This document shows positions 1 to 7,896 of a stretch of 45,307 nucleotides of DNA, piece by piece. The notes under the pieces were generated by a model that ran no database searches, had not been told where the DNA came from, and saw only the letters and a list, made by a program, of their open reading frames with translations. The number at the start of each line of letters is the position of its first letter. Position 1 is the first letter of the stretch. This DNA comes from a virus (taxonomy: Duplodnaviria > Caudoviricetes): positions 1 to 45,307 of IMG/VR virus record IMGVR_UViG_3300036784_000063, one strand, 5' to 3'. Both the position numbers and the translations under genes were made by a program.

Positions 1-127
1 GATCACGCGGGAGCGTTCGAGCTCGTGCGCGTCTCGGCGAGCGACAAGAGTTTGCGACAGCCCGAGGTGTACGACCGCATGCGCGACGCGTTGACGGCGT
101 CGTTCGCCTCGTGGGTAGAGCAGGGCG
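1..127. repeat. Terminal direct repeat, left copy (circular assembly overlap)
   Basis: 1-127 is identical to 45181-45307. 127 nt equals a common assembler k-mer, and the terL frame is continuous across the join. Confidence 0.95.
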
Positions 128-411
128 GCGCGGTGCCCGAGGACGCGAAGCTATCCAAAGAGATGCATCAAATGGAGTGGAAACAGCGCGCCGACGGCAA
201 GTTGAAGGTCACCGACAAGATCGCGTTGCGCAAGCTCCTCGGCCGCTCGCCCGATCGATACGACGCGTGCGCGCTGGCGTGTTGGGAACCGCTGTCGCTC
301 CGCGAGTCGGGTGCCGTGTCGGCGCAAGAACAGCTCGCACGCTCACTCGCTGCACGCACCGGCCGCGCGATGGACCCGTATGCCGGCGCCGCGCATTGGG
401 AGAAAAAGTAG
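1..411 (+). CDS. terL: Terminase large subunit, C-terminal part (continues from 43915 across the circular junction)
   Basis: Same frame as the ORF starting at 43915. Nuclease-domain end motif LGRSPDRYDACAL. Confidence 0.9.
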   Translation, partial: DHAGAFELVRVSASDKSLRQPEVYDRMRDALTASFASWVEQGGAVPEDAKLSKEMHQMEWKQRADGKLKVTDKIALRKLLGRSPDRYDACALACWEPLSLRESGAVSAQEQLARSLAARTGRAMDPYAGAAHWEKK

Positions 412-1160
412 TGCAGGCGCGCAACGGCCGCCGCGGCGCCGTGTTCTCGATCCGCGTCACCGACGAGGAGCGCGCCGAGCTCGAGACCGCGCAGCGCGCC
501 GACAACGGACCGCGAAAGCTCGGCCCGTGGATCTTTACCAGCTCGAGCCGGTACTACCCGAGCTCGGGTAATACCCACGCGCGTGACACGTGCGCGCCGC
601 CGATCGCAGAGCGCCGGATCCTCGATCTCTGCGCGGGCTCGGGCTCGTGGTCGCAACCGTATGTCGACGCCGGTTACCCGGTGCTGCGCGTGTCGCTCCC
701 CGAGCTCGACGTGCGGACCTTCGTGCCTCCCGGGCGGATCTGGGGCGTGCTCGCGGCGCCGCCGTGCGATCAGTTCTCGCTCGCGCGCAACGGACACGAC
801 AGCCCGCGCGACTTCGTGCGCGGCATGGAATGCGTCAACGCGTGCATGCGGATCGTGTTGCAGTGCCGGCCGCGTTGGTGGGCACTCGAGAACCCCGTCG
901 GAATGCTCTCGGGCTTCCTCGGCACGCCGCGCGACACCTTCGAGCCGTGCGACTTCGGCGACCCGTGGACGAAGCGCACCGCGATCTGGGGCGTGTTCGC
1001 AATCCCGCGCCGCGGTCCCTTCGTCGCCCCGCTCGGTGGCGGCCCGCTCTGCACCGAGTGCGATCCCGAGCGTCGCCGCACGACCTGGTGCAGCAACAGC
1101 GCGCACCGCGCAGTCACGCCGCCCGGCTTCGCGCGCGCATTCTGCGAGGCGAACCCGTGA
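411..1160 (+). CDS. Compact C5-cytosine DNA methyltransferase with N-terminal RHH/MobC-like segment
   Basis: GTG overlaps the terL stop. Motif I ILDLCAGSG, motif IV PPC, motif VI ENP, motif VIII-like WTKRT. N-terminus FSIRVTDEERAEL is RHH-like. Confidence 0.85.
   Translation: MQARNGRRGAVFSIRVTDEERAELETAQRADNGPRKLGPWIFTSSSRYYPSSGNTHARDTCAPPIAERRILDLCAGSGSWSQPYVDAGYPVLRVSLPELDVRTFVPPGRIWGVLAAPPCDQFSLARNGHDSPRDFVRGMECVNACMRIVLQCRPRWWALENPVGMLSGFLGTPRDTFEPCDFGDPWTKRTAIWGVFAIPRRGPFVAPLGGGPLCTECDPERRRTTWCSNSAHRAVTPPGFARAFCEANP
550..575. promoter_or_regulatory. 26-bp imperfect palindrome GGTACTACCCGAGCTCGGGTAATACC (two GGTAnTACC boxes)
   Basis: Self-complementary except one pair. Parts recur at 21160-21179 and 21295-21311. 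Confidence 0.45.
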
Positions 1161-1384
1161 CGGGCGGCCGGCGCGCTCTGCTCCGGCTTTTGCAACTGAT
1201 GCCGGCCTACGAAGTGGCGTTGCGGTGCCGCGTGCACAAGTCGAACGTCTCGCGTTGGGCTTCCGGTGCGTGGATGCCGTCTACCCGCGCGCGAATGGCG
1301 CTCGAGGAGCATTGCGGGATTTCCGCGAAAAAGTGGGCCGAACGCGAGGGCGTCAACCGTCTACCGTCGAGGTGGTGCCGGTAG
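1157..1384 (+). CDS. Small XRE/Cro-like HTH protein
   Basis: GTGA overlap with the MTase stop. EVALRCRVHKSNVSRWASG is an HTH pattern, and it is paralogous to the N-terminal domain of 42066-42767. Confidence 0.75.
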   Translation: MTGGRRALLRLLQLMPAYEVALRCRVHKSNVSRWASGAWMPSTRARMALEEHCGISAKKWAEREGVNRLPSRWCR

Positions 1385-1426
1385 TTGCGATCTGAGTGTC
1401 TGCAAACCTGGCATCTCTTTTCGCGT

Positions 1427-2833
1427 ATGGCGTTGCGCGACGTACTCAAGACCGCGGCTGCTGCGTTGCTCGGAGTGAGCACGTACCAAGGCCCGTCACA
1501 GCAAGCGTTGTCGCAAACGCTCGACGACGCGCAGATCGCGCAACTTCGCCGGTACTACGGCGGCCAGCTGCAACCGATGCCGCAGAGCATCACGCGTTGG
1601 TACATGACGGATCTCGAGCGCGCCGAGATCTCGGCCGACTATGGCGACCTCTCGCTGTCGGCCATGCTCATGCGTTCGGCTCGTCGCGACGGCCAGATCG
1701 CGGGCGTGCTCTCGACGCGCACCGACGGCCTCGTGCGTCTGCCGAAGCGCTTCCGCGGCGACGCCGAGGTGATCGCGGCACTCGAGCTCGGGCACGACTC
1801 GATCCGCTCGGTGTTCGACGAGGTGTTGCCGCCGACGGACCTCGCGAAGTTCGTCGCCGATGGCGTGTTCCTCGGCGTTGCAGTCGGCGAGCTCGTGCCC
1901 GTTGCGGGCCGCGACGTGCCGGTGTTCCAACGCCTCGATCCTTCGTTCCTCGTCTACATGTGGAACGAGAATCAATGGTACTTCCGCTCGGTCGCCGGGT
2001 TGATCCCGATCACGCCGGGTGATGGCCATTGGGTGCTGCACACGCCGGGCGGGCGTAACGCTCCCTGGCAGCACGGCCTCTGGCGCGCGATCGGCCGCTC
2101 GTACATTCGGAAAGAGCACGCCGCGCTTCGCAAGGATGATTGGGAGGCGAAGCTAGCGAACCCCGCGCGCGTCGCCATGGCGCCGCCCGGCGCAGCGGAA
2201 GCGCAGCGGCAAGGGTTCTTCGAGCAAGTCGCCTCGTGGGGCATCAACACCGTGTTCGAGATGACCCCCGGTTGGGAGGTCAAGCTCATCGAATCGAACG
2301 GCCGCGGGTACGAGTCGTTCTGCAAGACGATCGCAGATCAGAACGTCGAGATCACGATCGCTCTCGCTGGCCAGACGGTCACCACCGACGGCGGCGCGGG
2401 CTTCGCGAACGCAGACATTCACAAGTCGATCCGCGCGGACCTGATCAAGAGTGACGCTGATCAGCTCGCGTACACGGTGAACACTCAGGTTATCCCGGCG
2501 CTGATCGCGGTGCTGTTCGGGCCTGAGTACATCGAAAGCAAAGCGACCGTCGTCGAGTGGGACGTCACCCCGCCGAAGGATCGCAACAGCGAAGCGACCG
2601 CAATGGTGTCTGTCGCGAACGCGATCGTGCAGCTCACCGCGGCGTTGCAGCAATACGGGCAACGCCTCGACATCGCCGCCATGTCGTCGCGCTTCGGGAT
2701 CCCGATCCTGAACGACTCCAACGGCGACGGCCGCGCCGACGACACGAGCACCGACGACAACGAGTCGACCGCGGTGCCGGACAACCTCGAGCCGATCACG
2801 CCCGCCGAGCCCGCCGAAAGAGAGGCCGCGTAA
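1427..2833 (+). CDS. Portal protein (Mu gp29/DUF935-like)
   Basis: RDGQIAGVLSTR and EITIALAGQTVTTDGG...IHKSIRADLIKSDADQLAYTVN resemble Mu-type portals. Lies between terL and the protease. Confidence 0.85.
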   Translation: MALRDVLKTAAAALLGVSTYQGPSQQALSQTLDDAQIAQLRRYYGGQLQPMPQSITRWYMTDLERAEISADYGDLSLSAMLMRSARRDGQIAGVLSTRTDGLVRLPKRFRGDAEVIAALELGHDSIRSVFDEVLPPTDLAKFVADGVFLGVAVGELVPVAGRDVPVFQRLDPSFLVYMWNENQWYFRSVAGLIPITPGDGHWVLHTPGGRNAPWQHGLWRAIGRSYIRKEHAALRKDDWEAKLANPARVAMAPPGAAEAQRQGFFEQVASWGINTVFEMTPGWEVKLIESNGRGYESFCKTIADQNVEITIALAGQTVTTDGGAGFANADIHKSIRADLIKSDADQLAYTVNTQVIPALIAVLFGPEYIESKATVVEWDVTPPKDRNSEATAMVSVANAIVQLTAALQQYGQRLDIAAMSSRFGIPILNDSNGDGRADDTSTDDNESTAVPDNLEPITPAEPAEREAA

Positions 2834-4326
2834 TGCCGCTCCCGTCGCAACGCCGCCGCTTCGAGCACTTCGGTTACGTCGTCGCCGAGCCGCGCGTGTT
2901 CTCGTCGCTGTTCTTCATGCGCCCGCCCGAGCGCGTGAACACTCAGATCGGACAAGTGGAAGTCGTCGAGGTCAAAGGCCCGATGATCCACCACGCTGAC
3001 GGTTGGTTCGAGTCGTACGATGAGATCCTCGCGCGCGTCGACGCCGCTTGCGAGGGCAGCGCGACAACGATCGTGCTCAAGGTCGACTCGTCGGGCGGCG
3101 AGCTCTCGGGTTGCTTCGATACCGCGCGCGCCATTCGTGCGCACTGCGCAGCGGCCGGCAAGCGCTTGATCTCGTACGTCGAGGGTTGCGCGACGTCGGG
3201 CGGGTACGCACTCGCGGCGGCCGGCGAGAAGATCTACGCCGAGGAGACCGGGCTAGTCGGCTCGCTCGGCGTGTTGAACGTCCGCTCGGACGAGTCGCAA
3301 GCCTACGCAGCAATGGGCGTGCGCGTCGCCGCGATCTCGAGCGGCCGGCGCAAGGCCGACGGCTTCGCACCGCTCGAACTTCGCGAGGACGAGCTCGAGG
3401 CGACGCAAGCGCGCGTCGATTCGTTCGCCGCTTCGTTTTTCGACCTCGTTACAGAGCTCCGCCCCGGCCTCTCGGTCGACAGCGTGCGCGCTCTGCAAGC
3501 GGGTCTGTTGCATGGCGCCGCGGCTGTGAGCGCGGGCCTCGTCGACGAGATCGGCTCGTTCGACAGCTGTCTCGCGAGTCTCGCGGGGACGGGAGTGACC
3601 ACCATGGCAGACGACGACAAGGGCGAAGAGACTCAAAACGAGCTCGACGCCGCCCGCGCGCAGCTGGAAAAGGCGGCCGAGGGCGACGGCGACGACGCCG
3701 AGCGAGCGCGCAAAGCGCTGAAAGCGCTCGACGGCAAGGATCCCGAGGAGGCGAGCGCCGAGAGCGAGAACGCCGACGAGGACGACAAGGAAGGCAAGGA
3801 AGGCAAGGGCGAGAGCGCACGCGCGTCCGGCACTCCCGCGACCGTGTCCTCGCCCGCGACGAACGGCGCGGCCGGCGAGCTCGGCGCGCTCGTCGTGCAA
3901 CTCAGCTCGCGCGTTCAACAGCTCGAGGGCGCGAGCGAGAAGAACCTCAAAGCACAGTTGCTCGCCGCTCGCCCCGACTTGCCGAAGTCGGTGGTGCAGC
4001 TCTGCGCGGGCAAGTCGTACGCGGCGGCGAAAGAGATCATCGACGCGATCCCCGTGCCGAAGTCGTCGATCAACAGCAAGCCGGCCGCGACCGCGGGATC
4101 CGTCGGCGGCACGCGCGGCGCTGGCCAGCAAAACAACAGCGGTTCCGTCGCGTCGAATCACAGCGGGCACGGCACCTCGCTAGACGAGCGCATGGGCCTT
4201 TCGCCGAAGGGCGCGAAGGTCGAGCGCACCGCGCACTCGCTCACGTTCGATATCGGCGACTCCGAAGCGCGCAAGCCTCGGCAGCTCGCCCCCAACGCCG
4301 GTAACGGCGGAAAGGCGGCCGTCTGA
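2833..4326 (+). CDS. S49-family prohead protease fused to scaffold domain
   Basis: IVLKVDSSGGE, CATSGGYALA and VGSLGV motifs. Acidic and coiled C-terminal half. Confidence 0.88.
   Translation: MPLPSQRRRFEHFGYVVAEPRVFSSLFFMRPPERVNTQIGQVEVVEVKGPMIHHADGWFESYDEILARVDAACEGSATTIVLKVDSSGGELSGCFDTARAIRAHCAAAGKRLISYVEGCATSGGYALAAAGEKIYAEETGLVGSLGVLNVRSDESQAYAAMGVRVAAISSGRRKADGFAPLELREDELEATQARVDSFAASFFDLVTELRPGLSVDSVRALQAGLLHGAAAVSAGLVDEIGSFDSCLASLAGTGVTTMADDDKGEETQNELDAARAQLEKAAEGDGDDAERARKALKALDGKDPEEASAESENADEDDKEGKEGKGESARASGTPATVSSPATNGAAGELGALVVQLSSRVQQLEGASEKNLKAQLLAARPDLPKSVVQLCAGKSYAAAKEIIDAIPVPKSSINSKPAATAGSVGGTRGAGQQNNSGSVASNHSGHGTSLDERMGLSPKGAKVERTAHSLTFDIGDSEARKPRQLAPNAGNGGKAAV
3604..4326 (+). 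CDS. Probable nested in-frame scaffold protein
   Basis: GGGAG RBS at 3591-3595 precedes an ATG at the domain boundary (MADDDKGEETQ). Confidence 0.5.
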   Translation: MADDDKGEETQNELDAARAQLEKAAEGDGDDAERARKALKALDGKDPEEASAESENADEDDKEGKEGKGESARASGTPATVSSPATNGAAGELGALVVQLSSRVQQLEGASEKNLKAQLLAARPDLPKSVVQLCAGKSYAAAKEIIDAIPVPKSSINSKPAATAGSVGGTRGAGQQNNSGSVASNHSGHGTSLDERMGLSPKGAKVERTAHSLTFDIGDSEARKPRQLAPNAGNGGKAAV

Positions 4327-5072
4327 TGACTGCACTTGCAAAGGATCGCGCGCGCACGATGGCGCGTTGGACGCACCAACTGTTCACGCTCGCCATGGGG
4401 CACAAGTCGTTCAAGGACGGTGCCGCGGCAATCGATCTCACCACGGGTAAGGTCGTGCCGGCGACGACGGGCGGGAACCTGTTCGTGATCGGCGAGTTCG
4501 ACGAGCAGATCGACGCTACGGCGGCCGACAACCTCGTCAACGTCAATCTCGGCATGGAGATCGAGGTCGTCCTTTGGGAGAACGACAACACGATCGACGC
4601 GACCGATATCGGACACATCGCGTTTTTCACCGACGATTGCACCGTGTCGGCGCTCGAGGGCGGCCCCGTCGCGGGCCGGATCTGGGGCCTCGATCCTTAC
4701 GGTGTGTGGATCGAGAAGTTGCAGACGACGCCGAGCGCGAGCGTCGGCGGCGAGGGCGGCTCGTTCGTAGAAGGCGCGTTGCCCGCATGGGCCGCGAACG
4801 ACGCGGCCGTGCCGGCGCACACGCCGAATCAGAGCGCGTTCGACGTGCCCACCACGACCGCCGCGTCGACGGTGACGCTCGGTGCCGCGACGGAGGGTGA
4901 CGTCCTCTACTTCTCGGCCGACGGCACGCACAACGGACACACGGTCCAGTACCGCGACGGCGTCAACGCGAACGCGTTGCTGACGACGCAACTAACCGCC
5001 CTCAAACGGCACCTCGTGATCGCGCTCTTCCTCAATGGGGTTTGGCGCGCGAACGCCTACGTCAGTCCGTAA
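4326..5072 (+). CDS. Head decoration/capsid cement-like protein with C-terminal extension
   Basis: Sits between scaffold and capsid genes. MTALAKDR start and DDCTVS...AGRIWGLDPYGVW resemble Mu-like decoration proteins. Confidence 0.55.
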   Translation: MTALAKDRARTMARWTHQLFTLAMGHKSFKDGAAAIDLTTGKVVPATTGGNLFVIGEFDEQIDATAADNLVNVNLGMEIEVVLWENDNTIDATDIGHIAFFTDDCTVSALEGGPVAGRIWGLDPYGVWIEKLQTTPSASVGGEGGSFVEGALPAWAANDAAVPAHTPNQSAFDVPTTTAASTVTLGAATEGDVLYFSADGTHNGHTVQYRDGVNANALLTTQLTALKRHLVIALFLNGVWRANAYVSP

Positions 5073-5111
5073 CGGACGCTCAATCAACAGTCAGATCTAG
5101 AGAGGCTAGCA

Positions 5112-6155
5112 ATGGGCATCCTTACGCCGACGTACCTCGTCGACCTCGAGACGAGAATGCAGATCATCACCGAGAACGAGTACGCTCGTCTCAACGACTC
5201 GCGAAACCTCTGGTGGAGGTTGATCACGCGAACGCGCACCACTCAGGCGCGAAAAGACATCGTCACTTGGCTGCTGAACACGGCGCAGATCCGTGACCAG
5301 GGCAAGGGCGGAAACATCCGGTTCGACGACATGGTGTCGAACTACACCACGATCGAGCACGGGTTCTCGGGCGCCGGCTTGAAGATGCGCAAAGCCGACC
5401 TCGACGATCTCGACGGTGGCGGCGTCGACGCCGCTTCACAGTGGAGCTCGGATATCGCCGCGCAGATGGCTTACTGGCCTCAGCGCCAAGCGGCCGACTT
5501 CCTCAAGACCGCGCACACGTCGAAGTACAAGACTTACGACGGCCTGCCGTTCTTCGCGACGAACCACCCGGTCAATCCGTACCGTCCCACCGCGGCGACG
5601 TACGCGAACCTTTTCACGGGTGGCGCCTCGGGCGTGTACCCCGGTGCGCTTCCGATCGACGCCTCGGTGTCGCTCGAGACCGCGGCGAACAATCTGCAAG
5701 CGCTGTACGCGTACATCTCGGGGCTCGTTATGCCCGACCTCGTCACGCCGCGGTTTCTCAACCCGATCGGCATGCTCGTTGCGCCGAACCTCATGTACCG
5801 CGCGAGCGCGATCACCAAGGCGAAGTTCATCGCCACGAGCACGAGCAACGGCGGCGCCGCACCGAGCGACGTCGAGGGCTTGATCCAAGATCTCGGCTTC
5901 GCGCCGCCGATCAAGGCTCCCGAGCTCGCGAACTTCGAGGGCGGCACCACGTACTTCGTGATCTGCGAGCAGCTCGCCGCCTCTCAGCTCGGCGCGCTCA
6001 TCTACACGCAACGCGAAGCGTACCGCGTGAACTACTACGGCGAGGTCACCGACGCGGTGTTGAACCGTGCCGACGAGCTCGAGTGGCATTGCAAGGGCCG
6101 CAACGGCATGTCGGCCGGGCACCCTTACTTGCTGTTCAAGGTGAAGGGAAGCTGA
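5112..6155 (+). CDS. Major capsid protein (Mu gpT-like)
   Basis: TYDGLPFFATNHPV motif, DLDD, 347 aa, synteny. Confidence 0.88.
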   Translation: MGILTPTYLVDLETRMQIITENEYARLNDSRNLWWRLITRTRTTQARKDIVTWLLNTAQIRDQGKGGNIRFDDMVSNYTTIEHGFSGAGLKMRKADLDDLDGGGVDAASQWSSDIAAQMAYWPQRQAADFLKTAHTSKYKTYDGLPFFATNHPVNPYRPTAATYANLFTGGASGVYPGALPIDASVSLETAANNLQALYAYISGLVMPDLVTPRFLNPIGMLVAPNLMYRASAITKAKFIATSTSNGGAAPSDVEGLIQDLGFAPPIKAPELANFEGGTTYFVICEQLAASQLGALIYTQREAYRVNYYGEVTDAVLNRADELEWHCKGRNGMSAGHPYLLFKVKGS

Positions 6156-6161
6156 TCGCTC

Positions 6162-6389
6162 GTGGTGCTCGCACCGCACGATCAGGACCAGCTCGAGAAC
6201 TGGTTCACCTATCACCCGCCAACTGCCGACGACGTCGAGCGCATGCGCGAGATCCGCGAGGGAGCGAAAACGCTCGCCGAGTTGATCACCGAGCTGTGCC
6301 CGGCGTCGGCGGACCGAACCGCCGCGATTCGCAAGCTCCGCGAGTGCGTCATGACTGCCAACGCTTCGATCGTCTGTCGAGGTAAGTAA
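6162..6389 (+). CDS. Acb2/Tad1-like helical-hairpin protein (candidate anti-CBASS/Thoeris sponge)
   Basis: ENWFTYHPP...IREGAKTLAELITELCPASADRTAAIRKLRECVMTANASI matches by eye the FTYH...ELCP.S.E...A..KL.E..M.AN.AI family. Confidence 0.6.
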   Translation: MVLAPHDQDQLENWFTYHPPTADDVERMREIREGAKTLAELITELCPASADRTAAIRKLRECVMTANASIVCRGK

Positions 6390-6390
6390 G

Positions 6391-6891
6391 GTGCCGGCAC
6401 CCGCGTATCTGACTGTCGACGAGTTCACGGTGCGCTCGGTGGTTCCACCCGAGCTCGTCGCGGCACTCGAGACGGCGCAACCCGGTTGGATCCTCGCGCA
6501 GCTGCAACAGTGGTCGCGCTGGATCGACATGCGGTTGAGCAAACGGTACGCGGTGCCGTTCGACGCACCTTACCCCGAGGCCGTTCAAGCGTGGCTCACG
6601 CGCATCGTTACGCGCGAGTTCTATCGCCGTCGCGGTGTTGATCCGAGCGACGAACAGCAGAGCTCGATCCTCAAGTCAGGCGACGACGCCGAGGCCGAGG
6701 TCAAGGAAGCGGCCGACGCGCAAGTAGGACTGATCGATATCCCATCGGTGCCGAACGGCCCCTCGAAGGGTTCGATCATCACCCGCGGCGCGACGCGCTG
6801 TTACAGCGAGACGTCGCCGTACGTCGCGCTCGACATGCAACGCACCCGCGGGCGCAACGAGGACCGTAACCGTCGGGGTTCCGGCTCATGA
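6391..6891 (+). CDS. Head-tail adaptor (Mu gp36/DUF1320-like)
   Basis: YLTVDEF and IDMRLSKRYAVPF motifs, synteny. Confidence 0.75.
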   Translation: MPAPAYLTVDEFTVRSVVPPELVAALETAQPGWILAQLQQWSRWIDMRLSKRYAVPFDAPYPEAVQAWLTRIVTREFYRRRGVDPSDEQQSSILKSGDDAEAEVKEAADAQVGLIDIPSVPNGPSKGSIITRGATRCYSETSPYVALDMQRTRGRNEDRNRRGSGS

Positions 6892-7295
6892 GCAACACCG
6901 ATGCATTCGCGGCGCTCGACGACATGATCGAGCGAGTCGAGAACGTGAAGGGACTCGCCAAGCGCGCAGCACCCGACGCGGCCGACGCCGTGCGTGCGTG
7001 TCTCGAGAGCACGATCAAAGCCGGGCAAGATCCGTACGGCAAGCCGTGGCCCGCGCGTAAGGAAGATGGGGGCGCGCCGCTCACGGGGATCGCTGGTCGC
7101 GTCAAGGTGGTGGCCATCGGCGCGCGCGTGTTCGTCGCGATCGACGGGTACGTAGGCCGGCACCATCTCGGCCGCGCTCGGGGGGGCGTGCGTCGACAAG
7201 TGATCCCCGTGGGCGAGTTGCCGCCCGTGATGCAGAAGCGCGTGCGCGACGTTCTCGCGAAGCACTTCCGCGAAGCCGTGGGGGCCGAACGATGA
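6888..7295 (+). CDS. Virion morphogenesis/neck protein (Mu gpG/P2 gpS-like)
   Basis: GQDPYGKPWPARK and RRQVIP motifs. Confidence 0.7.
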   Translation: MSNTDAFAALDDMIERVENVKGLAKRAAPDAADAVRACLESTIKAGQDPYGKPWPARKEDGGAPLTGIAGRVKVVAIGARVFVAIDGYVGRHHLGRARGGVRRQVIPVGELPPVMQKRVRDVLAKHFREAVGAER

Positions 7296-7885
7296 CCACG
7301 GTCCTCGCGATCACGACGCTGTTCGACAAGGTGCAACAGCGCTTCGCGGACGAGCTCGCGGCGAACGACGGGCACCCGCGCGTTGACATGACGTTCGGTT
7401 GGCGCGCGCCGGGACAAGTCGGCGTCGTGTCCGGCACGCGCGTTGTGTGGATCCCCGGCGACGAGAGCGGCACCCTCGGCGCGCTCCTCGCTCCGAAGTA
7501 TCCGGGCGGCAACCCGTACGCCGGCAAGCCGCGCCCGATCGCGAATCTCGACGAGCTCGTCACGCTCGAGATCACCGGCTCCGACGCGACGAACCCCGAG
7601 AACGAGCGTGCGCAGTACGAGGCTACTCGACTGCTTTACGACCGCGTCGTGCGTGCCGTGTACCTCGCCGCGCACGGGACCTTCCGATTCGTCTCGAGCA
7701 AGTGGATCACGACGCGGAAAGAGCGCCGGTTCGGCGCAGCGATCCGCCTCGTGCTCGCCGTGCAAGCCGTCATCCCCGACGAGCTGATCGACATCACCAC
7801 CGCGCCGACACCCGCGAGCGCGGCCGTCAACGTCACCGAGCTTGATCAGTCGGAGACCGATCAAGTCGTCGCCGCAACCGAATAG
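7292..7885 (+). CDS. Putative tail terminator/completion protein
   Basis: Position before the sheath and coupled start. Synteny only. Confidence 0.5.
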   Translation: MTTVLAITTLFDKVQQRFADELAANDGHPRVDMTFGWRAPGQVGVVSGTRVVWIPGDESGTLGALLAPKYPGGNPYAGKPRPIANLDELVTLEITGSDATNPENERAQYEATRLLYDRVVRAVYLAAHGTFRFVSSKWITTRKERRFGAAIRLVLAVQAVIPDELIDITTAPTPASAAVNVTELDQSETDQVVAATE

Positions 7886-7896
7886 GAGCTCGCTGC

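Noticed and set aside
1427-7295. Transposable Mu-like phage
   Set aside because: The head genes are Mu-like, but I found no MuA, MuB or host-flanked ends.
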